Positions 21,237-30,107 of a stretch of 32,000 nt of DNA are shown here, in pieces. The stretch's first letter is position 1. Each line of letters begins with the position of its first letter. The stretch comes from Candidatus Saccharimonadota bacterium (GTDB lineage: Bacteria; Patescibacteriota; Gracilibacteria; BD1-5; UBA6164): contig OZ245768.1 in NCBI GenBank assembly GCA_965227835.1, forward strand, positions 1,320,001 through 1,352,000, given 5' to 3'. A program made the position numbers and the translations under genes. The notes under the pieces are model-generated. The model was not told where the DNA came from, ran no database searches, and was given only the letters and a program-made list of their open reading frames with translations.

Positions 21237-22919
21237 TTATATTTTAATAATTATTGCTTCCTCTCATTTATAAGATAGCTCATATCATCATTTTTCTATA
21301 GTTTTCCCAGATATTACTATTCTTCTAGGTATTCCAAAAAGTTCACAATCCAAAGCTTTTTGTCAAAATCATATTTTTTTATCCATTCTATCATCTATTA
21401 TAACTTCTTTTCATTCTCTTTCTAATTTTTCAGCAATATCTTCAGCTTTTTTGAGATTTTCTTTTCACATTACTATTATATAATAATCATAAGGAGCTAT
21501 ATTATCTGGCCAGGATATTCAGTTATCATTTACAAAATATTCACTGCAAACTCACATTAATCTAGAGACTCATATTCCATAACATCACATTTCAACTTTA
21601 TCATTGCTTTTATTATTTTCATCTAAAAACGATATTCAAAAAGGTTTGGAGTATTTATCTCCCAAATAAAAAATATTTCAAACTTCACATGCTCTTCTAA
21701 AAACCAACTTTTCTCACTCTACATTCAAAGATGTAAACCCTTCTTTTGCCTTGTTAAAATCTCAAAACTCAGATATATCTAAATCAGAAATGTTTACATT
21801 TTTTGTTGATTTAGCAACCCCATTAGCTCAAGCAAAGAAATTTTTTACCGTTTTTAGAGAATTGTCTCAAAAATTCTCCATTTTCAATTTAGAATCTTTA
21901 AGGGGGCTTATAAATCATCTAGCTGTTCAAAGTTTTTCTAAATCTTCTTGTTTTGCCTGAGTGAAATTCTCACCATATTTTTTAAAAATAAATTTAGTTA
22001 GTTTTGTTTCATTTACTTCTAAATCTCATCTTATAACCACTGAAAAATATTTTTGAGAATCTGTCTTGTAAACTACTGTTTTAAGCATTTGCCAGTCTGG
22101 AGCTTTGAAATAATCAGTCATTTTATCCATTGTAACTATTTCAGATATTGAATCCATATACTCTATTTTCTCTTCTTTTTCATCTATATTTTTTGAGTCT
22201 GCAATACCACAGGCCAGTTCTAAGTTATAACAATATCAGGAGGAGTCACTTACTATAACATCTTCTCATATATCTAAGTATGTTTGAAATTCATGAGAAT
22301 TTTTATCACTAATAGCTCCTCAATCAGCTTCAGCTATAACTGTATCTTTTCAAATTCAAAGTCTATCAAATACATTTTTGTAAACTATCTTTATTTTTTC
22401 ATAAAATTCTTCAAAGTCTTTTATGTTTTTATGAAATGAATAAGCATCTTTCATTAAAAACTCCCTTCATCTCAAAAGCCCAGATTTTGCTCTTTTTTCA
22501 TTTCTAAATTTTTTTTGGATATGATATACACAGGTAGGTAAGTCTTTGTAGGATCGTATAAATTCTTTGAAAATTTTACCCACATTTTCCTCATTTGTAG
22601 GACTTATTCTATACTGCGAATTTCCCCAACCTGGCACTTTAAAATATTCAGGGATTTCCCATCTTCCTGTAGTATCCCATAATTCTTTTGGAGATAGTAT
22701 AGTCATAATCATTTCATAATATCATGCTTTGTCCATTTCTTCTCTGACTATATTTTCTATCTTTTTTAAAACTTTGTATCATATAGGTAAATATTCGTAT
22801 GCTCATGCCATTGCTTGTCTTATATATCATCCTTGTAATAATATACTGGTTGATTTATTATCACTTATTTTCGGTCTGGTTTTTAAAGTTTTAAAAGGAA
22901 ATTTGCTTAATTTTAGCAT
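21237..22919 (-). CDS. proS: Prolyl-tRNA synthetase
   Basis: 560 aa with TGA=Gly: MLKLSKFPFKTLKTRPKISDNKSTSILLQGGYIRQAMAGAYEYLPIGYKVLKKIENIVREEMDKAGYYEMIMTILSPKELWDTTGRW...[31 protein letters not shown]... These are class II motifs typical of ProRS. It is the last gene that uses TGA as a sense codon. Confidence 0.9.
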
Positions 22920-23143
22920 TAATTTTTGGTTATTTTTAAATTTGTTTAGAGATAATATATTTTTTTAAAGTTTTTTCAAATTTAGGGTTTATATAAATAT
23001 AAAAATACTTAAAAACTTTTTTTATAAGATTTATCATTGAAAAATCTTAAATTGAGTTAGTTTTTAAATATTAAACTTCAAAAAATTTTTTAAAAATAAA
23101 TAAATATATCTGAAATTTATATATTCAAAAAAAGGCAAGTTTT

Positions 23144-23683
23144 TCAATCCTGCCTTTTTTCTTGTCTCTCCCTTTTGTATTTAAATGTGTTTACCCTTAT
23201 ATATCTTTTGAGAATAATAAATATCTTTTTTTTGTTTGATTTAAAGATATTTGTGAAAGCTTTAAGTTTTTGCCTAAGTTCATTTAAAGCATTTCTCAAT
23301 TTAATATATGAAGGATGTCCAACTATATACTGCTTTTGAGTAGCTATAAATTCAACTACTTTTCTATACCATAGATATTTCATCAACTTATCTCTACCAT
23401 ATATAATTATTATCATTGATATAAATCCTAGTGACATATCAAGAAATATTATGGTAAAGAATAAGGTTTTGTTTCCTGCTACAAAAGGTAGTATAAATTT
23501 AAATGCTACCTCCACAGATTTTATTGCTATAAATATGGTAATTGTAAGTCTAGCAGACCATTTTTTTATGACTTTTTCTGCAAAAATTATTTTTATCTTT
23601 CTAATGGGGCTAAGAATTAACTCCTCTATCATTAGAAACAAAAGCAAGCTTATGAAGAAAAAAATCTTTAGTACCTTTTTCAA
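23144..23683 (-). CDS. Hypothetical 3-4 TM membrane protein with a basic C-terminal tail
   Basis: The standard-code ORF spans 23144-23713. The preferred start is TTG (complement 23681-23683), 7 nt after AAGGAG, rather than GTG at 23713. It ends in TGA; under table 25 it would run 9 codons further, to TAA at 23117-23119. No internal TGA. No family recognised. Confidence 0.55.
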   Translation of the reverse strand: MKKVLKIFFFISLLLFLMIEELILSPIRKIKIIFAEKVIKKWSARLTITIFIAIKSVEVAFKFILPFVAGNKTLFFTIIFLDMSLGFISMIIIIYGRDKLMKYLWYRKVVEFIATQKQYIVGHPSYIKLRNALNELRQKLKAFTNIFKSNKKKIFIILKRYIRVNTFKYKRERQEKRQD

Positions 23684-23756
23684 GATTTGACTCCTTGTTA
23701 AAAAAATTGACACAAAAACTAGAATAATAAAAATTTTATGTTGTCAATTTTTTTTG

Positions 23757-23784
23757 TTGACAAATTGAAATTAATTTATAATTT
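23757..23784 (+). promoter_or_regulatory. Putative sigma70-type promoter for the 23862 gene
   Basis: TTGACA (23757-23762), a 16-nt spacer, then TAATTT (23779-23784), preceded by a T-tract. The -35 box is half of the palindrome TTGTCAA-N9-TTGACAA (23741-23763), whose other half gives a -35 on the minus strand. Confidence 0.45.
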
Positions 23785-23861
23785 ATAAAATGTTCTTATT
23801 TAATAAGTAAGAATTAATTTCGTTCTTTTAACTTTTCTGAAAAAATTAAGGAGTTTATTAA

Positions 23862-24899
23862 ATGATTGGTAAATTGAGTGAATTTTTTGATAAAATTAAA
23901 GAGTTTATGGATAGTTTTCCATCAATCTCTGATATATATCAGAAATTTAGATTTGGTATTCCTAGTTTTAATTACAAAGGAAAACCCATAATCCCTTTTT
24001 TGTTTTCTCCAAGAAGATGGCTTATATTTTTAGAAAGACTATCTGTTGGACTTATTGTATCTTTATTAGCAATAATTCTTTGGGTTTTTCCTGTTAGCTT
24101 GTTTGTTGCTCCCTTTTATTCTTTTACTCATTCAGATAAGGTAGAAGAATTTGTCATATATGATGGTGCTGAGGGTCTTACCACTGCAAATGCTCTTAGA
24201 GATGGCTTGATTTATCTTGAAGACAGTCTGGTTACAAACTTTTTTGGTGTAAGAAACTGGATTGATAATGCAGAAAATGAGCAAATAGGTATGATAGAAA
24301 TGTATCGTATTTCTGCCTATATGCTTGAAAACCATTTAGGTAGAAATAGAGGTTCTGGAGGAGCTAATGAATGCTTGAAATCTGCTCGTGCTGATATTAA
24401 TGCTGATTATACAATTCCATTATTTACTAGTTACAATACTAGATTGGAAAGTGCTATAAGAAATATTGATTGCTATACCAAACAGCTTTTAGAAGATCAA
24501 TCAAAAAGTATGAATGATAAGAGAGCTGTTTTTATAGTAAATTCCGATAATTTGGCAGAGGCATTGGATAAAATTAAGCAACAACTTGATAATCCTATAG
24601 AGGCCTCAAAAAATATGTCTTTTTTTGAACAAGATGATGTTTTCTATCAAATAAGAGGAAATCTTATAGCAATGTATATTTTCCTAAAAGGTATTGATCA
24701 TGATTTTAGAGATAAAATGATTGATAAAACCTTATATGAGCAAAACTTTACTCCTGTTTTGATTCTTTTGGAAGAAGCAATAGCATATAATCCTATCGTT
24801 ATTTTGAATGCTTTTGGTCATGTTGATAAGCTTACTGCAATTTCTCTTGATATAGTTAAAAAAATGGGAGAATTGAGAGACAAACTAAAAAAAGGTTGA
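23862..24899 (+). CDS. Membrane-anchored protein of unknown function (345 aa)
   Basis: AAGGAG lies 8 nt upstream of the ATG. Hydrophobic segments are at residues about 53-86 (WLIFLERLSVGLIVSLLAIILWVFPVSLFVAPFY), followed by a soluble domain of about 250 aa. It ends in tandem TGATGA immediately before a strong terminator. It may be DUF2333-like, but I cannot verify that. Confidence 0.75.
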   Translation: MIGKLSEFFDKIKEFMDSFPSISDIYQKFRFGIPSFNYKGKPIIPFLFSPRRWLIFLERLSVGLIVSLLAIILWVFPVSLFVAPFYSFTHSDKVEEFVIYDGAEGLTTANALRDGLIYLEDSLVTNFFGVRNWIDNAENEQIGMIEMYRISAYMLENHLGRNRGSGGANECLKSARADINADYTIPLFTSYNTRLESAIRNIDCYTKQLLEDQSKSMNDKRAVFIVNSDNLAEALDKIKQQLDNPIEASKNMSFFEQDDVFYQIRGNLIAMYIFLKGIDHDFRDKMIDKTLYEQNFTPVLILLEEAIAYNPIVILNAFGHVDKLTAISLDIVKKMGELRDKLKKG

Positions 24900-24906
24900 T
24901 GAAAGT

Positions 24907-24960
24907 CCCCCCTATTTAAATCCGATTTTATCGGATTTAAATAGGGGGGCTTGTTTTTTT
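24907..24960 (+). terminator. Rho-independent terminator
   Basis: Perfect 19-bp stem CCCCCCTATTTAAATCCGA / TCGGATTTAAATAGGGGGG with loop TTTTA, followed by CTTGTTTTTTT. Confidence 0.9.
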
Positions 24961-25076
24961 GGAGGAAATTTAGAGTTTTAGTTTTTTTATTATTTAATAA
25001 ATATAGACTATTAGTCTATATAAAGCTAAAGTTATATTTTTTTAAAATTAAATTTATGTGTTTTTGAATTTTTTTC

Positions 25077-25104
25077 TTGACAAAAAAATAATAATTGTTA
25101 TTGT
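25077..25104 (+). promoter_or_regulatory. Putative sigma70-type promoter for the 25174-31316 operon
   Basis: TTGACA (25077-25082), a 16-nt spacer, then TATTGT (25099-25104). The upstream context TTTTTTTCTTGACAAA closely resembles that of the 23757 promoter (TTTTTTTGTTGACAAA). Confidence 0.45.
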
Positions 25105-25173
25105 AGGAGAACTGAATTTTGGTTTACAAAGTTCAATTTGTTCGTTAAAATAAACTAACCAAAGGAGAAAATT

Positions 25174-26913
25174 ATGAAAAAATTTTTCTTAATTGTTATA
25201 AGCTCTTTGCTTATACCATCGGTGTCAATTGCACAAACAGTTGATTATTTAAATGCAAAACCTCTTACAGATGTTGTGAATATATCTGTAAAAAGTTGTT
25301 CTCAACCAAATGTGTTACAGATTCCTGTGATTGCATGGGGTGCAGATACTGTTATGTCTTTAGCAAATGGTAATGCCACCCGCACTTCTAGTGGAAGTAT
25401 TTTTTCAGAGAAAAACCTGGACATTTCTTTGTATAGGCAAGATAATTTCATACAACAAGTCAGGGATTATATGTCTTGTAAAACCCCATATCTAAGGGGT
25501 ACACTAGGCATGATTTCTCAGGCTAATGAGTTGTTATCTCAAAATCCTAATACAAAACCTGTAATTATCCATCAGCTAAGTTGGTCTTCAGGTGGAGATG
25601 CTTTAGTTGTTAGAGAGGGTATAAACTCCCCAAGTGACTTAAGGGGAAAAACAATTGTGATGCAGGCCTATGGCCCTCATGTTGATTATGCCCTGAAAGT
25701 TATTTCAGATGCTGGAATTGATCCATCAGATGTAGAGTTTAGGTATGTAAAAGACCTACTTGAAATAGATGATAATTCAGTTTCTCCAGCTATGGCATTT
25801 CGTAATGATTCCTCTATAGATGCTGCTTTTGTTATCTTGCCAGATGCTTTAGCTTTGACAAGTGACGGTAATGTTGGTACTGGAGCAGAAGACTCTGTCC
25901 TTGGTGCTAAGATTTTGTTTTCCACAAAAACGGCTAATAGAATCATCACTGATGTTTATGCAGTTAGGTCAGATTACCTACAAGTTAATCGAGATAGTGT
26001 AAATGATTTTGTTCATGGTCTACTTATTGCCCAAGAGCAACTAGAAAATACTATGAAGCTTAAATCAGGTAACTATGATGAAATTCTAAGTGCATCAGCT
26101 GATTTACTATTGGATGACAGGGAAGCAAAGGAAGATGTTATCGCTATGTATGGTGATGCTGATTTAATGGGATATCCTCAAAATGTTGATTTTTTTGGTA
26201 ATTCCAACTCAGCTAGAAACTTTGAAAGGCTTGTAACAGAAGTTCAGAAGTCACTTTTAGATTTAGGTATGGTTTCAAAGATAACCTCCCTTGATCATGC
26301 AAAGTGGGACTATGCAAAGCTTGCCTTAGGTCTCAAAAATACTTCTGGTGTAGAAGTTCCTCGTTTTGAATCAGCAGTGGTGCAAAAAGTAGTTGAAAGT
26401 CGTACAAGACAAGGTTCTAGTGAAGAAGGTGTTTTGTTTAGATTTGAAATTTATTTTGATGCAAACCAAAATGCTTTCCCTGTAGCTAGATATCAAGAAG
26501 AATCTGCTCGTGTCGTTGATTTGGCTTCTACATATGGTGGAGCTATTCTTTCCATTGAAGGTCATTCAGATCCATTAGGATATTTGAGAAAAAAGAAATC
26601 AGGAGATTCGGCAAAAGTATTGAGTGCAGTATCTCAGTCTGCAAAAAATCTGTCTTATAGCAGAGCAAATGCAGTAAAAGATATGCTTATTTCTTATGCC
26701 TCTCAACAAGGCATTACACTAGATTCTTCACAATTTGGTATCGTTGGTCATGGTGTTAGCCAGCCTAATACTCCAAATTGTACTCTAGACTCTAGTGGAG
26801 ATATAAGTTTAAGCTGTGCCCCAGCTAATGAAGCTGAATGGAATAGAACTCGTAGAGTTGTATTTAAAATCATTCAGGTAGAAGCTGAATCAAGTGTCTT
26901 TACACCACTCTAA
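25174..26913 (+). CDS. Secreted periplasmic-binding-protein (NMT1/SsuA/NrtA-like type 2 PBP) fused to a C-terminal OmpA-like peptidoglycan-binding domain
   Basis: AAGGAG lies 6 nt upstream. Signal peptide MKKFFLIVISSLLIPSVSIAQT. The PBP-like core includes SWSSGGDALVVREGINSPSDLRGKTIVMQAYGPHVDYALKVISDAGIDPSDVEF. The C-terminus is LSIEGHSDPLGY...NLSYSRANAVKDMLISY...GHGVSQP...NRTRRVVFKI, an OmpA_C/MotB-type pattern. 579 aa, no TGA. Confidence 0.8.
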   Translation: MKKFFLIVISSLLIPSVSIAQTVDYLNAKPLTDVVNISVKSCSQPNVLQIPVIAWGADTVMSLANGNATRTSSGSIFSEKNLDISLYRQDNFIQQVRDYMSCKTPYLRGTLGMISQANELLSQNPNTKPVIIHQLSWSSGGDALVVREGINSPSDLRGKTIVMQAYGPHVDYALKVISDAGIDPSDVEFRYVKDLLEIDDNSVSPAMAFRNDSSIDAAFVILPDALALTSDGNVGTGAEDSVLGAKILFSTKTANRIITDVYAVRSDYLQVNRDSVNDFVHGLLIAQEQLENTMKLKSGNYDEILSASADLLLDDREAKEDVIAMYGDADLMGYPQNVDFFGNSNSARNFERLVTEVQKSLLDLGMVSKITSLDHAKWDYAKLALGLKNTSGVEVPRFESAVVQKVVESRTRQGSSEEGVLFRFEIYFDANQNAFPVARYQEESARVVDLASTYGGAILSIEGHSDPLGYLRKKKSGDSAKVLSAVSQSAKNLSYSRANAVKDMLISYASQQGITLDSSQFGIVGHGVSQPNTPNCTLDSSGDISLSCAPANEAEWNRTRRVVFKIIQVEAESSVFTPL

Positions 26914-26929
26914 ACTTAGGAGAGAAAAA

Positions 26930-27694
26930 ATGAAGATTGTATTATCAATTCCAATCATCCTTTCACTCTTACTTGTAGGATGTGAAGGCTCTAAAACTTC
27001 TGTGTCACAACAGCAAGAATCTAGGCAAGAGTCTGGTAGTAGCAGTTCTCCAGAAAGTAGAGAAAGTGAAGTTTGGCCATATATGCCTGATAATTTGGGT
27101 AATATATCCATAGATTCAAATGTATTGGCTACCAACTATCTAGTACTTTTAGATACTTCTGGCTCAATGGATAAACGTGAATGTTCTGGAAACAAAACCA
27201 AACTTGAAACTTCAAAAGAAGCGATAGCTGAATTTGTAGACTTAGTACCTGAAAGTGATAATCTATCACTAATGAGTTTTCATGGTATGAGAGTTGATTT
27301 TGGTTCTGGAGACACAAATAGGAAAAATTTCCTAAATGCTATTAGTCAAGAAAGATCTTCTGGGGGAACTCCTTTGCATAGTTATACGAAAGAAAGTTTT
27401 TGGATTTTGACAAATCAAGCCCAAAAACAGCTAGGTTATGGGACTTATCGTCTTGTTGTAATAACAGACGGTGCTTCTTCAGATGATGATCCAGGTCCTC
27501 TAGTTGAGGAAATAGTTCGTAGATCTCCTATTGAAATCCATGTTATTGGATTTTGTGTGGGAGAAAAACATTCTATGAATAGACCTGGTTACTCAACTTA
27601 TTACACTGCTGATAGCCCAGAGCAATTAATGGAAGGATTGAGAAAAGTTCAAGCTGAGACTTCGGATTTTACTCAAACTTCTTTTGATAATTAG
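26930..27694 (+). CDS. Lipoprotein with a von Willebrand factor A (vWA) domain
   Basis: TAGGAG lies 7 nt upstream of ATG 26930 (the 26894 start in the ORF track overlaps the upstream gene and lacks an RBS). Lipobox LLLVGC, then a Ser/Glu/Gln-rich linker. MIDAS residues are in LVLLDTSGSM, SGGTPL and VVITDGASSDDD. Confidence 0.85.
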   Translation: MKIVLSIPIILSLLLVGCEGSKTSVSQQQESRQESGSSSSPESRESEVWPYMPDNLGNISIDSNVLATNYLVLLDTSGSMDKRECSGNKTKLETSKEAIAEFVDLVPESDNLSLMSFHGMRVDFGSGDTNRKNFLNAISQERSSGGTPLHSYTKESFWILTNQAQKQLGYGTYRLVVITDGASSDDDPGPLVEEIVRRSPIEIHVIGFCVGEKHSMNRPGYSTYYTADSPEQLMEGLRKVQAETSDFTQTSFDN

Positions 27695-27701
27695 AAACCT
27701 T

Positions 27702-27733
27702 ATAGTGTACAGGAGTTAGCTCCTGTACACTAT
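27702..27733 (+). terminator. Intercistronic perfect hairpin (attenuator, processing signal or weak terminator)
   Basis: ATAGTGTACAGGAG-ttag-CTCCTGTACACTAT, a 14-bp perfect stem. It is followed only by TTCCTTA, so there is no long U-tract. Confidence 0.4.
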
Positions 27734-27756
27734 TTCCTTATAAACAGGAGACTACA

Positions 27757-29319
27757 ATGAAAAAAACTACATTAATCGCAGGAATAGTTCTTGTTGTAGG
27801 CTTAGTTATTATTGTTTTGTCTTTCTTTATCGGGAAGGCATCTGAACAATCTCAGCAAACTAGTACCAGTGATGCAAGCAAATCAAAAGGAAGCATAACT
27901 ATAGGTATGGATAACTTTATAGGTTATTTTCCCTTATGTTCACCTTATATGAAGAAGCTTATGTTGGCTGATGGATACAAGCTAGATTGTGTGGACGATA
28001 AAGCTGATTATTCCAAGCGGTTTGAAAACCTTAGAAATGAAAATTTGGATTTTGCTGTATCAACTCTAGATGCATATATTCTAACAGGAGAAAGAACTAA
28101 TTATCCTGGTATAATAACTGCAGTTTTAGATGAAAGTAAGGGGGCAGATGCAATTGTCTCTCATATAGACTATGCAAAAACTCTTACAGAACTCAAAAAC
28201 AATTCCGACTTAAGAGTAGCTTTTACTCCAGAATCTCCAAGTGATCATCTAAGAAAGGCTGTAGGGATAGATTTTGATATTCCTTTGCTAAAAGATAATG
28301 GAGAATGGTCAATTAGGGTAAACGGGTCATCGGAAGCTAGAGAGTCTCTTAAATCAGGCAAATCTCAGATAGCAATATTATGGGAACCAGATTTAAGTAA
28401 GATTTTGTCTGATAAAGACTTTGTAAAGTTACTTGGAACAGAACAGACATCTGGTTTGATTGTTGATGTACTAATTGTAAATCGTGATTATTACCAAGAT
28501 AAGCCTGAAACTGTATCTCTACTTTTGAGTAACTATTTTAAGACACTCAAATATTATCGTGATAACCTAAGTAAATTTGAATCTGATTCAGCAAATTATG
28601 CAAAAGTTTCTAAAACCGTAGCAAAATCTATGTTGAGTGGTGTTAAGTGGGTTAATCTTACTGAAAATGCTACTGACTGGATGGGAGTATCCATATCTGG
28701 AAAAGTACCTAATCATAAATTGTTTGATTCAGCACAATCAACAATTCGTATTTTAAAGGACTTTGGTGATGTAGTAGATAATCCTCTTCCAGGAGATGAT
28801 CCAAGAAGTATTATCAACTCTCAAATTGTTTCAGATCTTTACAACAGAGGAATTCAGCCCGGGCAACAAACTAGTTTTATTCAAGAACATTCACCAAACT
28901 CATTGGAAACTGATTTTAGTCCTTTGAGTGAAAATGCTTGGAATTTGTTAAACGATGTTGGAATCTTAAAAGTAAGACCTATTAGATTTGGCTCAAGTTT
29001 GGCATCTTTGGATATTGAAGATAAAAAACAGCTAGATTTAGCTGTAGATTCACTCAAAAGCTACCCCAACTTTAGGATAGAAATTCAAGGGCATACTAGT
29101 CCTAGAGGAGATGAATCTATAAATCAACAACTATCTCAGGATCGTGCAGACTCCGTAAGTCGTTATCTTTTAACAACTTATGGTATTGATAAAGATAGAA
29201 TAAGGTCAATTGGCAAAGGTTCAAATATACCCATACCCCGTAAACCGGGTGAATCTTTAAGAGCCAACAGGTCAAAACAATCTCGTGTTGAGATACACTT
29301 GAAAACAGAGGTATATTAA
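27757..29319 (+). CDS. Membrane-anchored PBP-like (NMT1/SsuA-type) domain fused to a C-terminal OmpA-like domain (second paralogous architecture)
   Basis: CAGGAG lies 6 nt upstream. N-terminal TM LIAGIVLVVGLVIIVLSFFIG. The PBP-like region runs ITIGMDNFIGYFPLC...DFAVSTLDAYIL...SKGADAIVSH... The C-terminus is FRIEIQGHTSPRGDESINQQLSQDRADSVSRYLLTTYGIDKDRIRSIGKGSNIPI...SRVEIHL, an OmpA_C pattern. 520 aa, no TGA. Confidence 0.8.
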   Translation: MKKTTLIAGIVLVVGLVIIVLSFFIGKASEQSQQTSTSDASKSKGSITIGMDNFIGYFPLCSPYMKKLMLADGYKLDCVDDKADYSKRFENLRNENLDFAVSTLDAYILTGERTNYPGIITAVLDESKGADAIVSHIDYAKTLTELKNNSDLRVAFTPESPSDHLRKAVGIDFDIPLLKDNGEWSIRVNGSSEARESLKSGKSQIAILWEPDLSKILSDKDFVKLLGTEQTSGLIVDVLIVNRDYYQDKPETVSLLLSNYFKTLKYYRDNLSKFESDSANYAKVSKTVAKSMLSGVKWVNLTENATDWMGVSISGKVPNHKLFDSAQSTIRILKDFGDVVDNPLPGDDPRSIINSQIVSDLYNRGIQPGQQTSFIQEHSPNSLETDFSPLSENAWNLLNDVGILKVRPIRFGSSLASLDIEDKKQLDLAVDSLKSYPNFRIEIQGHTSPRGDESINQQLSQDRADSVSRYLLTTYGIDKDRIRSIGKGSNIPIPRKPGESLRANRSKQSRVEIHLKTEVY

Positions 29320-29322
29320 AAT

Positions 29323-30102
29323 ATGGTAAAAGAAGACAACCCTTTAATAAATGCTGATCTATCAAGAAAAGCAATAAACAGGGCTGTTTCATCTCAAGTG
29401 TTTCAAAGCCCATTAACTCTATTTTCTTTAATAGGTGGAGTTTTAGGGCTTTGTACTGGCTTCTTGTTCTCTTCTTCAGTTTTTATATATGTTGGAGTAG
29501 GACTTTTAGCTTTTGGCTTATTTGGAAAATTATTTAACTATTTTTTCCGAAGAGGTGCTCTAGAATCTAGCTATATACGAGAAATTCAGGAAAAACAGGA
29601 AGAATATCTTTCTAAATTACCCGAAAGATTGTCTGTAGCTTTCACAGAACATGGCCATGAGAATGGATTGAAACAGCTAAATGAGCTAGAAAAATCTTTT
29701 ATTGATTTTGATAATCTTCTTGATAGAAAGTTCTCATCAAAAGGACTTACTTTAGGAAGGTTTCATGCATCTGCTAATCAAGTTAGAATGTCTGCTTTAG
29801 CTAAACTTGAGATAATATCAGATTTACTTAAGTCTATTGAAAGTATTCCTGAAGATTTGGCTAGTGATGACCAAGAAATTTCTGAAGCTAAGAAAGCAAG
29901 AATCAATCATAGATCAGATGCTCTAAAAGACATTGAGCAATATCATCATGATATAGAAAACTGTCTTACAAGTATATCAGAAATAAGTGTTGAAGTAGCT
30001 AGAATAGGCACCAATTCTGATTCTGATATTTTGTTTGAAACCCAACTGGAAAGCTTGGATCGTTTAGCGAAAAGAGCTTCTCAATTTAAGAAAGAAAGGT
30101 GA
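29323..30102 (+). CDS. 2-TM plus coiled-coil protein, XpaC-like (TelA partner)
   Basis: Two adjacent hydrophobic segments (LTLFSLIGGVLGLCTGFLFSSSVFIYVGVGLLAFGLFG) are followed by a helical, acidic cytoplasmic region. It sits immediately upstream of, and translationally coupled to, the TelA gene, as xpaC-yaaN are arranged in Bacillus subtilis. It ends in TGA. Confidence 0.5.
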   Translation: MVKEDNPLINADLSRKAINRAVSSQVFQSPLTLFSLIGGVLGLCTGFLFSSSVFIYVGVGLLAFGLFGKLFNYFFRRGALESSYIREIQEKQEEYLSKLPERLSVAFTEHGHENGLKQLNELEKSFIDFDNLLDRKFSSKGLTLGRFHASANQVRMSALAKLEIISDLLKSIESIPEDLASDDQEISEAKKARINHRSDALKDIEQYHHDIENCLTSISEISVEVARIGTNSDSDILFETQLESLDRLAKRASQFKKER

Positions 30103-30107
30103 AAATT

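Noticed and set aside
22920-23143. I looked for an integrase, a tRNA/att site, or direct or inverted repeats marking the left edge of the TGA-free block.
   Set aside because: I could not recognise any of these in this AT-rich spacer, and the right edge is outside the window. I therefore do not call the block an integrative element, prophage or transposon.
26894-26929. The ORF-track start at 26894 for the vWA lipoprotein gene (MSLHHSKLRREK...).
   Set aside because: It overlaps the upstream gene and lacks an RBS. ATG 26930 has TAGGAG 7 nt upstream and gives a canonical lipoprotein signal (MKIVLSIPIILSLLLVGC).
23451-29413. Antisense or alternative-frame ORFs inside the island (23451-23690, 24132-24335, 25686-25949, 26371-26565, 26890-27135, 27129-27317, 29117-29413).
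   Set aside because: Each is fully embedded in a longer ORF with clear domain content on the opposite strand, and none has an RBS.
30099-30107. GTG 30099 as the telA start (GTGA overlap with the upstream stop).
   Set aside because: It is possible, but ATG 30108 sits at ideal spacing from GAAAGGTGA. The difference is only 3 codons.
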